NCBI GenBank assembly: GCA_963842525.1 | Contig: CAWJGT010000011.1 | Span: 198,002 to 262,001 of the forward strand | DNA from: an uncultured Holophagales bacterium | GTDB lineage: Bacteria > Acidobacteriota > Thermoanaerobaculia > Multivoradales > UBA5704 | DNA length: 64,000 bases | Direction: 5' to 3' | Part shown: positions 41,564 to 52,123 of the stretch, in pieces | Numbering within the stretch: position 1 is the stretch's first letter | Layout of the letters: every line of letters begins with the position of its first letter | Notes under the pieces: model-generated | What the model saw: only the letters and a program-made list of their open reading frames with translations | The model's database searches: none | Told to the model about the DNA's origin: nothing | Translations under genes and position numbers: made by a program

Positions 41564-43669
41564 TTACAGGTGCCGGGCTCGCCAGGGCAGGAGTTCGTAG
41601 AGCAGGTTGGCCGGGTCTTCGTAGCGCAGGAGGAAGAGGTCCGGCCGCGCCTGCATCCACTCCGCCTCCTGCGCGAAGTCGAGCTGTGGGAACCGGCTGA
41701 GGTGGACCCAGCGGACGTCCTCCGTGGCCAGGTTCTCGAGCCAGGCCTGCGGATCGGGATCGACGCGCGGGTCGCAGCGTGGGTAGTCGGCCGCGTTCTT
41801 CGAGTTCTGCCGGTTGATGTTCACGTAGACGACCCGCCGCTCGAGGTGGGTCCCCATGGCCGGATAGATGAAGTAGTTGATCGGCTGGCTCACCACCGCG
41901 ACGTTGCCGTTTCCGCCGTAGAGGTCGAGCCAATGCCAGGCGCGGGCGAAGTGACGTGTCGCAGTTCTGTGAGCAGTGAATTCGTCGAGGAACGCCCGTC
42001 CGCGGTCGTCCACGCGGAATGCCCCGAGGTAGGGCGCGCCAGCGACCAGGAGGACGACGGTCGCTGCGGCCAGCAGCTTCCACCGGCGCCGGGCAAAGGC
42101 GCGCAGGCCGGGCCAGAGCGCCAACGCGACGGCCAGGGTATCCAGCACGGCGAGGGTGAGCCGCACGCCGCGCGGCATCTCGGTATGGAGCATCAGGAGG
42201 TCCTGGATCAAGAACGCCAGGGTGATCCCTCCCAGCCAGGCATCGCTCGCCCCCCGGCGCTCGGCCCAGGCGACGACCCCGGCGCAGGCCAGCCCCAGGG
42301 CGCCGATCAGATAGCGCACATTGGCGAAGACGTGCCCGGAGCTGGCGTAGGGGACGGTCACCCAGAGGAAGGCCTGGACGGCGATCTGGCTCGCGACCAG
42401 GGCGCCGCCGCGCCACTCCCGGCGCAAGCCGAGCGGCAGGAGCAGAGCCGGCAGGAGCAGAAAGACCTGCGGCCCTACCCCCAGCTCCAGCGACTGCGGA
42501 TGGGTGACCCCGAGGAACGTGTCGAGGATCCGGCCCTTCTCGACCATCTCGGGCCACAGGGCCGCCACGGTGTTGGCCCGCGGGATGCGCGGCGCCACCT
42601 TGACGGACGACATGCCGGGACCCTGGTCGCACCGGGCGGCGAACGGCCCCACCCCGGCCGCGATGTTCTGCAGGTAGAAGACGCCTCCGAGGAGCGCCAG
42701 CAGGACCAGCGCCGCGGCCGCCTGCGCCGCACGGCGGCCCCAGGCACCTCGCAGCCACGAAGAGAGGACCAGGGCCACGGGAGCGAGGGCCAGGGCATAT
42801 GCCAGCCCGAGCACCTTGGCGCTGGCTGCCATCCCCAGCCCGGCGCCGGCCAGCAGGGCGTCGCCCCAGCGCGGCTCGCGCATCCAGCGCAGGCCGAAGA
42901 AGGTAGCCGCCGCGATGCCGGCCCCGACATAGATGTCTACGTATTGAGTGGCCGTGAAACGAATCACTGTGGGTGTGAGCAGGATCAGATACGCAGCGCA
43001 CGGCCAGCTCCGGCGGGCTCCGAGCTCGCGTGCCACTCCGCCCACCGCCAGGGCCAGCAGCGCCGCCTGCGGGAAGCAGGCCAGGTTCACGTAGAGCTCG
43101 CTGTGCGAAGGCGCCATCCACCACCAGAGCCAGACCGCCCCGCCCGCGGGCTGATAGCCGTAGAAATTCATGGGGGCCATGCCGAAGACCGGCCCGATGC
43201 GGCCGTCCCGCAGCCAGGTCGCCACGATGGGCAGGTGGTACATCAGGCTGTCCCACGAGAGCGGCGGCCGGATCAGCCCGCGGACTCCCTCGCTGGCCAG
43301 GGCATGGAAGGCGATCAGGGCCATGGCGGGGTGCTCCCGGAGCCGCGCCCCGACCCGTTGGCCCACGAGGCGGACGGGGGCCCATCGATCCGCACCCGGT
43401 GACCGGGTCCACCGCAGGAGCACAAGTGTAAAAATACCCAGCAGCACCACGGCCAGCTCGATCCGCAGTAGGCCGAGCTTGCCCAGAGCGAGGCCGAGGA
43501 GCTGGGCCTCCGCCGTCATGGCCAGCAGGGAGGCGATGGCGAGCGCCAGCGGGTCCGCCACCGCCTGCTCGCGGAGGAGGAGCCGGGCCCACAGATAGCC
43601 GCTCAGTCCGAGGAGCAGCAGCACGACGAGCGTAAGCACCGCCCCCATCAAGTCGATGGTGAAAAACAT
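41564..43669 (-). CDS. polytopic membrane protein, GT-C/ArnT-like glycosyltransferase
   Basis: Many TM helices; WDSLMYHLP, YVD and ASAK motifs. Confidence 0.7.
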   Translation of the reverse strand: MFFTIDLMGAVLTLVVLLLLGLSGYLWARLLLREQAVADPLALAIASLLAMTAEAQLLGLALGKLGLLRIELAVVLLGIFTLVLLRWTRSPGADRWAPVRLVGQRVGARLREHPAMALIAFHALASEGVRGLIRPPLSWDSLMYHLPIVATWLRDGRIGPVFGMAPMNFYGYQPAGGAVWLWWWMAPSHSELYVNLACFPQAALLALAVGGVARELGARRSWPCAAYLILLTPTVIRFTATQYVDIYVGAGIAAATFFGLRWMREPRWGDALLAGAGLGMAASAKVLGLAYALALAPVALVLSSWLRGAWGRRAAQAAAALVLLALLGGVFYLQNIAAGVGPFAARCDQGPGMSSVKVAPRIPRANTVAALWPEMVEKGRILDTFLGVTHPQSLELGVGPQVFLLLPALLLPLGLRREWRGGALVASQIAVQAFLWVTVPYASSGHVFANVRYLIGALGLACAGVVAWAERRGASDAWLGGITLAFLIQDLLMLHTEMPRGVRLTLAVLDTLAVALALWPGLRAFARRRWKLLAAATVVLLVAGAPYLGAFRVDDRGRAFLDEFTAHRTATRHFARAWHWLDLYGGNGNVAVVSQPINYFIYPAMGTHLERRVVYVNINRQNSKNAADYPRCDPRVDPDPQAWLENLATEDVRWVHLSRFPQLDFAQEAEWMQARPDLFLLRYEDPANLLYELLPWRARHL

Positions 43670-43740
43670 TGCCGGGGGATTCTCTACCAAAACCGCGGCT
43701 TTGGATCAGTCGGCGCGCAGCGCCACCAAACGGAAGGACA

Positions 43741-44017
43741 GGGTAGAGACGCCCCAGTCCGTGACCACGGACCTGCCGGGTGTACACAGTCGGGGCGTCT
43801 CAAGGCCTCGCCAGCGAGACGGTTTCGCCCTTGCGTAGGAAACACCGCCTGGGGGACGCTGCGCGAAGGGACGGCCATCCACCTGCCATTTGCGCACGAC
43901 GGTGGCAAGATCGGCGTCCACGGTGTGCTGCTAGCGTTGGTGGTAGCTGGGCCTTGAGACGCCCCGACTGTTTGCACCCGGTCGTGTCGTGGTCACGGAC
44001 TGGGGCGTCTCTACCCA
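43741..44017. repeat. GTAG-type REP doublet (REPIN-like long inverted repeat)
   Basis: GGGTAGAGACGCCCCAGTCCGTGACCACG...GGGGCGTCTCAAGGCC and its inverted copy. Confidence 0.85.
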
Positions 44018-44051
44018 CCACCCCGGTTCCGCCAAAACAGCGGGAATGAAC

Positions 44052-44696
44052 TCACCCCCGCCCGGCCACTGCCCGCGGGAAGCCGTGCTCCAGGCGTAGC
44101 CGCCGGAACGTAGCAAGGGGTAGCGCGCGGTGCCGTCCGGGGGCGAGCCAGGTTGTGAGCCGCCGGGCCGGCGGGGCGCCGGGCATCACGTCCCAGGCTC
44201 CGGCCTCGCGGGCTGCCGCGAGCAGCGGACGGAGCACCGCTTCGCTGTCGTTCACCCCGGGCAGCGCCGGGGTCCAGAGGACCCGCACCGCGATGCCCTC
44301 CGCCGCCAGCCGCGCCACCAGGTCCAGGCGCTCGGCCGGCTCCGGAGAGCCGGGCTCGATCCGCCGCGCCAGGGCCGTACCGGCCGCCGGAATCGCCACG
44401 TCCACGAGCACCGGGCAGCGCCGGTCCAGGTCGGCCAGCAGGTCGAGGTCCCGCAGGAGAGCGGGCGAGCGGGTCACGATCGAGACCTTCAGGCCCTCCG
44501 CGCGGCGGAGGAGCTCCAGCGGCGAACGGCCCTCCGCAGGGTCCCAGGGACGGGCCGCCGTGCCGAGCACGACCGGCTCTCTGCGCTGTACGGCGCGGAG
44601 GAGCTTCCGCTCCAGGGCGGCATCCTGCACTGTGGGACGGGTGGCGACAGGGGACAGCAGAGGGAAGGGCAGGAGGAGGAGAGCGGCGCGCGTCAT
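44052..44696 (-). CDS. SplB/Rv2578c-like radical-SAM-related protein lacking CxxxCxxC
   Basis: LGTAARPWDPAE, SIVTRSPALLRDLDLL, RRIEPG..ERL and PALPGVNDS. Confidence 0.65.
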   Translation of the reverse strand: MTRAALLLLPFPLLSPVATRPTVQDAALERKLLRAVQRREPVVLGTAARPWDPAEGRSPLELLRRAEGLKVSIVTRSPALLRDLDLLADLDRRCPVLVDVAIPAAGTALARRIEPGSPEPAERLDLVARLAAEGIAVRVLWTPALPGVNDSEAVLRPLLAAAREAGAWDVMPGAPPARRLTTWLAPGRHRALPLATFRRLRLEHGFPRAVAGRG

Positions 44697-44758
44697 GTTA
44701 CGCTCTTTTTACGCCACATCTCGTCTCCCTGTCAAGGGGTCCATTACAATCCTCCTCC

Positions 44759-45583
44759 ATGCCCGAGCTGCCCGAGGTCGAGGTCTTGCGCCGTAGCCTG
44801 GAGCCCCATTTGGTGGGAGACCGGATCGAGCGCGTCGAGGTGCGCAACCCGGCCTTGAGGGAGCCGGTGCGCCCGCGCGAGCTATCCCGGCGGTCGGCCG
44901 GCCGATCCGTCACGGCCCTGCGGCGGCGGGCCAAGTACCTGCTCGTCGACCTCGAAGGCGGGCAGACCGTGGTCGTCCACCTCGGGATGAGCGGCCGGCT
45001 GACGCTGGTGCCCGCGGAGACCCCGCTCGAGCCCCACGAGCATGTCGCGCTTCATCTGGCATCGGGCCGGCGGCTGCGGCTGCGCGATCCGCGGCGGTTC
45101 GGTCTCCTCTTCGCCCTGCCGACGCGGGAGATCCCGCATGATCCTCATTTTTCCCACCTGGGCGTCGAGCCGCTGGAGCCGGGCTTCACCGGCGGCCTGC
45201 TGGCCCGCGAGGCGGCCGGCCGGCGCGGCCCGGTCAAGCCCTTCCTGATGGACGCGACCGTCGTGGTCGGCCTGGGGAACATCTATGCCACCGAGGCGCT
45301 TTTCCGGGCGGGCGTCCACCCCCTGCGGTCGGTCTCGCGGATCGCGCCGGCGCGCTGGGACCGGATCGCCGAGGCGTCGATCGCGGTGCTGCGCCAGGCC
45401 ATTCACGAAGGAGGGACCACGCTCAACGATTTCGCGGACGGCGAGGGGCGGAGCGGCTATTTCCAGGTCCTGCTCGGCGTCTATGACCGCGAGGGGGAGC
45501 CGTGCCTGACGTGCGCGACGCCGGTACGGCGCATCGTCCAGGCCGGGCGGAGCACTTTCTACTGCCACCGCTGTCAGAGATGA
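44759..45583 (+). CDS. mutM: formamidopyrimidine-DNA glycosylase
   Basis: MPELPEVE, RRAKYL, HLGMSG, GLGNIYA and a C-terminal Zn finger. Confidence 0.97.
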   Translation: MPELPEVEVLRRSLEPHLVGDRIERVEVRNPALREPVRPRELSRRSAGRSVTALRRRAKYLLVDLEGGQTVVVHLGMSGRLTLVPAETPLEPHEHVALHLASGRRLRLRDPRRFGLLFALPTREIPHDPHFSHLGVEPLEPGFTGGLLAREAAGRRGPVKPFLMDATVVVGLGNIYATEALFRAGVHPLRSVSRIAPARWDRIAEASIAVLRQAIHEGGTTLNDFADGEGRSGYFQVLLGVYDREGEPCLTCATPVRRIVQAGRSTFYCHRCQR

Positions 45584-45608
45584 GCGGGGCCGGATAGAAT
45601 CCGCCGCG

Positions 45609-46148
45609 ATGCGCACGATCCAGGACTTCCTGATCTTCTACCGGCGGCAGCGGGGCTGGACCCGTTCGCTGGTCGCGGCCATGCCCGAAGAGTGCTTCGG
45701 CTGGCGGCCGAACCCGGACGCTTTCGGCTGCGGCGAGCTGGTGCGCCACCTCATCCAGTCCGAGGTGTTCTGGTGCCGCCTGCTGGTGGCAGCGGCGGAG
45801 GGCCGGCCCTACGACCCCTTCGGCCTGACCGGCACGTCCCTGGAACGGATGACCGCTTTCCGGCGGCCCAACCTGGAGTCGAGCCGGACGGCGGAGAAGT
45901 ACGGCTCCACCTTCGCCGCCTGTCTGGAGAGCTGGTCCCGGGTGCAGCAGAAGACCGAGGAGGAGCTCGCCCGGCTCTCCCCCGAGCAGCTCGCCGAGGT
46001 CGAGGTCGAGCACCCTCTTCTGGTGATACGCGCTCCGCTGTGGGAGATGCTGTTGACCATGGTGGGACACGAGATCCATCACCGCGGCCAGCTCTCCGCC
46101 TATCTCAAGGCCCTCGGCGTCGAGCAGCCGGCCGTCCTCGGCACCTGA
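45609..46148 (+). CDS. DinB family protein
   Basis: GELVRHL and HEIHHRGQLSAYL. Confidence 0.88.
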   Translation: MRTIQDFLIFYRRQRGWTRSLVAAMPEECFGWRPNPDAFGCGELVRHLIQSEVFWCRLLVAAAEGRPYDPFGLTGTSLERMTAFRRPNLESSRTAEKYGSTFAACLESWSRVQQKTEEELARLSPEQLAEVEVEHPLLVIRAPLWEMLLTMVGHEIHHRGQLSAYLKALGVEQPAVLGT

Positions 46149-46166
46149 ACATCTTCGGAGCCTGCC

Positions 46167-46835
46167 ATGATCGAGACCGCGATCCAGTTGGAGCCCGTCC
46201 TGGCGAAGCCGGGCTTCACCCCCTGCCTCCTGGGCGTCGCCGGCGGGAGCGGCTCGGGCAAGACCACGGTGGCCCGTTCGATCCTCGAGGCCGTCGGCAA
46301 GGACAGGATCGCCCTCATCCAGCAGGACAGCTATTACCGCGACATCGAATGGTCGAGCGACGCCGAGCTGCTTCATCACAACTTCGACCACCCGTCGGCC
46401 CTCGACAGCGACCTCATGATGGCGCACCTGCACGCCCTCAAGGCGGGCCATGCGGTGGAGGTGCCGATCTACGACTTCGTGCGCCACCGCCGCACGCCGC
46501 GCACCCGGCGGATCGAGCCGCAGCCGGTGGTGGTGATCGAAGGGATCCTCATCTTCGTGGAGCCGGGCCTGCGCGAGCTGCTCGACTTCAAGATCTACGT
46601 CGATACGGACGCCGACATCCGGCTCATCCGCCGGCTGGGCCGCGACATGACCGAGCGCGGCCGGACCGTGGACGACGTGCTCCGGCAGTACCTGGAGACC
46701 GTGCGCCCCATGCACCTCGAGTTCGTCGAGCCCTCCAAGCGCTACGCCGACGTCATCATCCCCGAGGGGGGCGAGAACCGGGTGGCGCTGGAGATGGTCG
46801 TGGCCCGGGTCGAGCAGCTCCTGCAGGGGACGTGA
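46167..46835 (+). CDS. udk: uridine kinase
   Basis: GGSGSGKTT, QDSYY, NFDHPSA, IEGIL and VEPSKRYAD. Confidence 0.95.
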   Translation: MIETAIQLEPVLAKPGFTPCLLGVAGGSGSGKTTVARSILEAVGKDRIALIQQDSYYRDIEWSSDAELLHHNFDHPSALDSDLMMAHLHALKAGHAVEVPIYDFVRHRRTPRTRRIEPQPVVVIEGILIFVEPGLRELLDFKIYVDTDADIRLIRRLGRDMTERGRTVDDVLRQYLETVRPMHLEFVEPSKRYADVIIPEGGENRVALEMVVARVEQLLQGT

Positions 46836-47203
46836 TGCCGTCCTGGCTGCTGCGTGTCAACGCCCGGTTCGAGGCGGCCCACCACCTGACCTCCTGGCGC
46901 GGGGCGCCGGAGCCCAGCCATGGCCATTCCTGGCGGGTCGAGGCCGCCTTGCTGGCCGGCGAGCTCGACGGCGAGGGTATAGGCTTCGACTTCGTGGAGG
47001 TCCAGGCCGGCCTGCGGGAGCTGGCGGCCCTGTTCGACCACAGGGACATCAACACCGTGCCGCCTTTCGACCAACTGAGCCCGACCACAGAGCGGATCGC
47101 CGCGTGGTTCTTCACCAGCCTGGCCGAGCGCCTCCCTGCCGCACCCCTCGTGGAGGTGACGGTCTGGGAGGGTCCCGACTGCTCGGCCACCTATCGACCG
47201 TGA
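46835..47203 (+). CDS. queD: 6-carboxytetrahydropterin synthase
   Basis: FEAAHHL, HGHSW, DH..IN, PTTERIA and VWEG. Confidence 0.85.
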   Translation: MPSWLLRVNARFEAAHHLTSWRGAPEPSHGHSWRVEAALLAGELDGEGIGFDFVEVQAGLRELAALFDHRDINTVPPFDQLSPTTERIAAWFFTSLAERLPAAPLVEVTVWEGPDCSATYRP

Positions 47204-47250
47204 GGTCCGCCTTGACAGGAAGCGCTCGCCTGATTAGCGTCTTTGCATCC

Positions 47251-48228
47251 ATGAGAAAAATCCTCCTGCCTCTCCCGATCCTGGTGCTCGCCCTCTGTGC
47301 CTCCGGCTGCGGAGACGACGATGCGCCCCCCGTCGCGCGGGTCACCGCCTCGCCGCGGACCATCCGCCTCGGCTTTCCCGAGGTGCGGACCCTGCGTCTC
47401 GAATGGCAGCCGACCGCCCCTCTCGAAGGGGTGTCGGGCCAGCCAACCGTCTTCCTCCACCTGCTGGACGGCGAGGACAAGGTCCTGCGCACCTTCGACC
47501 GGCCCTTCCCGCAGCGCTGGCGCGAGGGGGAGCCGGTGACCTATGACGCGAAGGTGTTCCAGTCGCTCCTGGCACCGTCCCTGGCGCCGGGCAAGTACCG
47601 GCTGACTCTCGGCCTCTACGAGGGCAAGGAGCGCTGGCCCCTGGAGGGGTTGGGCGAGCCGGTGGACCGGCGCGAATACATCGCCGCCGAGGTCGAGGTC
47701 CCGGCCACGTCGGAAGCGCCGCGGTTCGTCTTCTCGCCCCAGTGGCTGCCGCCCGAGCCCGGCAGCGACCGCCAGGTGCTGGCCCGGCGCTGGCTGGGCG
47801 GCGAGCGGGGGGCCATCCGTGTGGCGGGCGTGCGCGCCCCGGGTAGCGTCTGGATGGTGCTGCGCATCCCGCAGATCGACAGCGCCCACGAGCGGCTGGA
47901 GGTGGAAGGCACCTCGGGCATCCCCGGCGTGCTGATCCGCGGGGCCTGCGGCGGCGTGGAGGGAGCGGAGATCGGCATCTCGGGCCCGGGCAGCCACGAG
48001 CTCGAGGTCCCGATCGAGCCGTCGGCGAACGGCGCCTGCCGGATCGGCCTGCGTCCGAACTTCAAGATCGTCGCGAACAACTCGGGAAAGAGCCGTTCGG
48101 TCTCCCTGGAGAACGCCGCCTGGGCGCCGGCCGACGGCGGCCCGCGCACGCAGCCGCAGCAGGGCGGCACGGGCACGGCTACGCCGACCGAGCCGGAGCC
48201 GGCGCAGGAGGACTCCCCCTCGCCATGA
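47251..48228 (+). CDS. hypothetical lipoprotein
   Basis: Signal peptide ending ASGC; VFLHLLD..GKYRLTLGLY domain. Confidence 0.7.
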   Translation: MRKILLPLPILVLALCASGCGDDDAPPVARVTASPRTIRLGFPEVRTLRLEWQPTAPLEGVSGQPTVFLHLLDGEDKVLRTFDRPFPQRWREGEPVTYDAKVFQSLLAPSLAPGKYRLTLGLYEGKERWPLEGLGEPVDRREYIAAEVEVPATSEAPRFVFSPQWLPPEPGSDRQVLARRWLGGERGAIRVAGVRAPGSVWMVLRIPQIDSAHERLEVEGTSGIPGVLIRGACGGVEGAEIGISGPGSHELEVPIEPSANGACRIGLRPNFKIVANNSGKSRSVSLENAAWAPADGGPRTQPQQGGTGTATPTEPEPAQEDSPSP

Positions 48229-48905
48229 AACACGGCAAGGCGACAATCCTCAGGCCCGCGCAGGAGCGCTACCTCGAGCGGCTCCTCCCCCCGCGCGACG
48301 CCATTCTGCGTGAGATGGAGGAGCAGGCCCGGGAGGAGGACGTCCCGATCTCGGACCCCGAGGTGGCCCGGCTCCTCGCCATCCTGGCGCGCTCCGTCGG
48401 CGCCCGCCGAATCCTGGAGGTCGGCACCGCCATCGGCTACGGCACCCTCTGGCTGGCGCGCGGCGCGCCCGAGGCCCGGGTCGTGACCATCGACAAGGAC
48501 CCGGGGCAGCTCGCCCGCGCGCGCGGCTACCTGGAGCGGGCGGGCGTGGCCGACCGGGTGGACCTGGTGGAAGGGGCGGCGCTCGACGTCCTCGCCGGCC
48601 TGGAAGGACCCTTCGACATGGTCTTCATCGACGCCGTCAAGCAGGAGTACCGGCGCTACCTCGACCAGGTCCTTCCCAAGATCCGGGTGGGCGGCCTGCT
48701 GGCCGTGGACAACCTCCTGTGGAAGGGGCACGTAGCGGAGCCTGACGAGGACCCGGCGGACGAGGTGGCGGACGACCTGCGGGCCTTCAACGGCTACTTC
48801 ATCATGCACCCGCAGCTCCAGGCCACGGTCCTCCCCCTCGGCGACGGCCTGGGCATCGCCACCAAGACGAAGCCGCTGATGACCGAGATGGGGGGGCCGT
48901 TCTAG
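48225..48905 (+). CDS. class I SAM-dependent O-methyltransferase
   Basis: ILEVGTAIGYG, FDMVFIDA and DNLLW. Confidence 0.9.
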   Translation: MKHGKATILRPAQERYLERLLPPRDAILREMEEQAREEDVPISDPEVARLLAILARSVGARRILEVGTAIGYGTLWLARGAPEARVVTIDKDPGQLARARGYLERAGVADRVDLVEGAALDVLAGLEGPFDMVFIDAVKQEYRRYLDQVLPKIRVGGLLAVDNLLWKGHVAEPDEDPADEVADDLRAFNGYFIMHPQLQATVLPLGDGLGIATKTKPLMTEMGGPF

Positions 48906-51546
48906 GCCCCCAGCCGCGGCCTGACCGCCTCTAGGCGCTTTTTGAAGTCCTGGGCGGTGGCGGGGCGGCGCGCGGGGACCTTGTGGAGGGCGACGCGGAA
49001 GAAGTCGCCCAGCGCCTCGTCGAGGTCCGGGCAGCACCTGGAGAAGTCCGGCACCCGGCCCATGCGGATGCGCGCCATGATCTGCTTGACATCGCCGCTG
49101 AACACCTTCCGTCCCAGCAGGCACTCGTAGAGCACCACCGCCAGCCCCCAGAGGTCGAACGAGGCATCCGCCGGATCGCCGTTCAGGGCCTCGGGGGAGA
49201 GGTAGGAGAGGGTCCCCACGAGCTGTTTCGAAATGCTGATCGAGGACGGGTTCTCGTTCCAGATCGAGGTGGGCGGCAGCAGCGCTTCGGCCTCCTCGGC
49301 CTCCAGCGCGCCGAGCAGGCGGTCGCGGCGCAGGTCGAACATGGCGCGGGCGATGCCGAAGTCCATCAGCTTGGGGACGTTGTCCCGCGTGTAGCCGATG
49401 TTGCTCGGCTTGATGTCGCGGTGCAGGATGTCCGCGGCGTGGAGCTGGGCCAGCGCGTCGGCCATGGCGATCCCCAGCTCCACGGCCTCCAGGGCGGCCA
49501 TCCGCCCCCTCTCGATCTGCTGCGCCAGGGTGCCCCCCTCCAGCAGCTCGAGGACCAGCATCGGCGTCCCCTGCCAGGTCTCCATGCCGTAGACGGGCGC
49601 AAGGTAGCGGTGCGAGACCGCCGCAGCCGTCCGCGCCTCGCGCCGCAGCCGCATGGCGTCCTCGGGCGAGACCCGCCGCAGGGTCTTGACCGCCACCGGC
49701 CGGCCCAGGGCGAGGTCGGCGCCGCGGTAGACGACGCCCATGCCGCCCGAGCCGATCCGCTTCTCGAAGCGGAACTTGCCGGGCAGCACGTAAGGGACGT
49801 GGGCGGGCTCGAGCCGCCGGCTGCAGTTGCTGCAGAAGACGGTGTAGGACGGGTAGAGCGCGCCGCAGTTGGCGCACTCCTTGGCGAGCTCGGACTCGGG
49901 GACCAGCGATTCCGGTATCGTCCAGGTCATAGTCGCGGGAGGCGGATCCGTTTCTGTCCCCCGGTGGAGTGGACGACTGCGCGAGCTCGAGCACCCAGGC
50001 GGCGCTGCTGGCGATCGCGTGCAGGAGCTGGCGGTCCTCCTTGAGGAACGGCAGGCCGCTCTTCTTCTCTCCCAGGCCGATCAGCCCCAGCAGCGACCCG
50101 TCCCGGGCCAGGATGGGCACGATCAGCTTGAAGCCGCTGTCCACCAGCCAGTGCCGCTCCTTGTCGGGGAGCCTCGCGATCGGCGAGTGCTGGTCTTCCA
50201 GGTCGGTCGACAACGGATCGCTCGCCGCGGAGACAAGCAGCGCGAGCTGTGACGAAGTGTCCAGCCGTTGCACCCGCCGGCGCGGGTCGTCGAGCATCCC
50301 CGAGCGGGGGTCGACCACCAGCAGGGTGATCCCTTCGAGGTGGAGCGCCAGGTCGATCTCCCGCCCGATCAGGCTGGCGAGGCTGGCGACGTCGCCGATG
50401 GCCCGGATCCGCTCGACCAGCAGGGTGAGGATCTGGCGCGCGTCGTACTGCTCGCGGAAGAAGCGGCGGTCGACCGCGTCGAGGAGGCCCTTCCGGTAGC
50501 GCAGGGCCATGACGCCGACCGCGCTGGCCGTCAGCAGGAGGAGGAGCCGGACCCCGGAGAGGAGGTCCTTCAGCTTCTCCTCCTGGTGGAAGTACAGATA
50601 GGCGGCCACCGCGAGCAGAGGCACCGTCGCGAGCACCATGGCCGAATAGCGGGCCAGCGCATAGTGGAGGGCCCGCCGGGCGATGAGCCGGATGTCGAGC
50701 ACGCGGTGAACGAGCACAGCGTAAGAGGTGACCAGGGGCACGACCACGGTGAAGAGGCTGAAGGCGACGATGATGTCGCGCTTCAAGGCCGGATGCCGGG
50801 ACGTGAAGGCCTTGTAGGGAGGGACGAAGAGCTCCAGCAGGATCTCTCCCAGCATCGGGGCGAACCCGACGACGATCCCCAGGAGGAACACGCGGGCACG
50901 CCGGTGCTCCTCCTGGTCGAGGGAGCGTTGTTTCCAGACGAGGTAGGCCAGGGCGGCCGCGGTCAAGGGCATGATGATGCTGTAGTAGATCCCCTGTGCG
51001 CGCATCGGCTTGAGGGTCTGGAGGAGCGCCGCAAGACCGGCCCCGGGGACGTTCCGTTCGAACACGAAAAGCAGGAGGTTGGCAGCGAGCAACGCCAGCC
51101 CGGTCCAGGCGCTGATCGTGATGACTCTGTCGATCCGGCGCCGTTGCACCGCGGATTGTGGCGGTGCAGGGAAGTCGCGGACGAACGACCAGAGGAAGAC
51201 CGGCATCAGGGAATGGAGACTCCAGAGCCTTCAAGACCGTGGCAAGCTCGATGGCGGGGCCCTGAAAGTGTTCGGCGGCCCGGTACAACGGGGTGCCGCA
51301 CCAAGCCGTCGCGGCCACCAGGAAAAAGCTGCCCAGCGCGACTGCCCGGCTGTCCTGGCGCCCGCCGAGCAGGAGGAGGGTCGCGGAGCCCCCGAACTCC
51401 AGGAAGAAGAAGAGGAAGAGGAACCGGGGAAAAAAGGGATCTTCGGGGATCCAGCGGTAGGTCACCACCAACGCGGCCAGCCCCGCCGCCAGCTTGAGCC
51501 AGGCGAGCGGCAGGACCAGCCGCGTCCAGGAGAGATTCTTCAGCAC
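48902..51546 (-). CDS. membrane-anchored Hanks-type Ser/Thr kinase (TM bundle, GAF-like region, Zn ribbon, kinase); frameshifts near 51210 and 49915
   Basis: GSGGMGVVY, VAVK, HRDIKPSN, DFG and GTLSYLSPE; VDRRFFREQYDA; CANC/CSNC. Confidence 0.88.
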
Positions 51547-51570
51547 TGCGCCGGGAATGACCGCTCGGGG

Positions 51571-51900
51571 CTATTCCTTGGGAGGCGGCGGCGGCGGACA
51601 GAAGTCGGTGTCCGAGGTCTCCTGCACCTTGAGAGCGGCCGAAGAGACGTCATCCGGGAGGATCTTGGTGTCGCCGCGATCCCGCGCCTTCCTCTCCGCC
51701 AGCGCGCCGATCGCCCGGATCCTTTCGAGGACGTTGACGGCCTGGCCTTCCCAGACGTTGTTCAGGATGTTGTCGTCGATCGCATCGAGATACCACCGGC
51801 GCAGCTCCAACGCCGCATCCTGGCTGATGCGGATCGCCCCCGCACCCTGGCCAAAGGCAATTGAAATCTGCGCCATCACCCCTTCTTTAGAATATGCCAT
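51571..51900 (-). CDS. small protein with histone-fold-like signature
   Basis: RBS AAGGAGG; GAIRISQDAALEL...IGALAERKARDRGDTKILPDDVSSAA resembles HMf-type histones. Confidence 0.7.
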   Translation of the reverse strand: MAYSKEGVMAQISIAFGQGAGAIRISQDAALELRRWYLDAIDDNILNNVWEGQAVNVLERIRAIGALAERKARDRGDTKILPDDVSSAALKVQETSDTDFCPPPPPPKE

Positions 51901-52018
51901 AAACACCCCTCCTTGTGCGGACATGCCTGTCCGCTGGTTGCCGGCTAACCCTCAACTGCTGCGCGGCGCCACGAAATCTCAAGCAACCAAGCATGAAATC
52001 AATTTTCAGTAACCCTGT

Positions 52019-52048
52019 ATTATAACCCGAGAACAAGACTGTCGTCAA
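52019..52048 (-). promoter_or_regulatory. near-consensus sigma70 promoter upstream of the histone-like gene
   Basis: TTGACG-18-TATAAT on the minus strand. Confidence 0.7.
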
Positions 52049-52123
52049 GGCATCCGCAATTCATGAAAAAAGACCCGGTTGCGCACCGGGCCTTCTGTCG
52101 ATCCACGCTTCGGGCGTAGGCGA

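Noticed and set aside
47616-51206. 1196-aa ORF, and similar long ORFs such as 22573..25332, 16932..19307, 25391..27427 and 31209..33038
   Set aside because: These are shadow or chimeric ORFs typical of high-GC DNA, overlapping better-supported genes.
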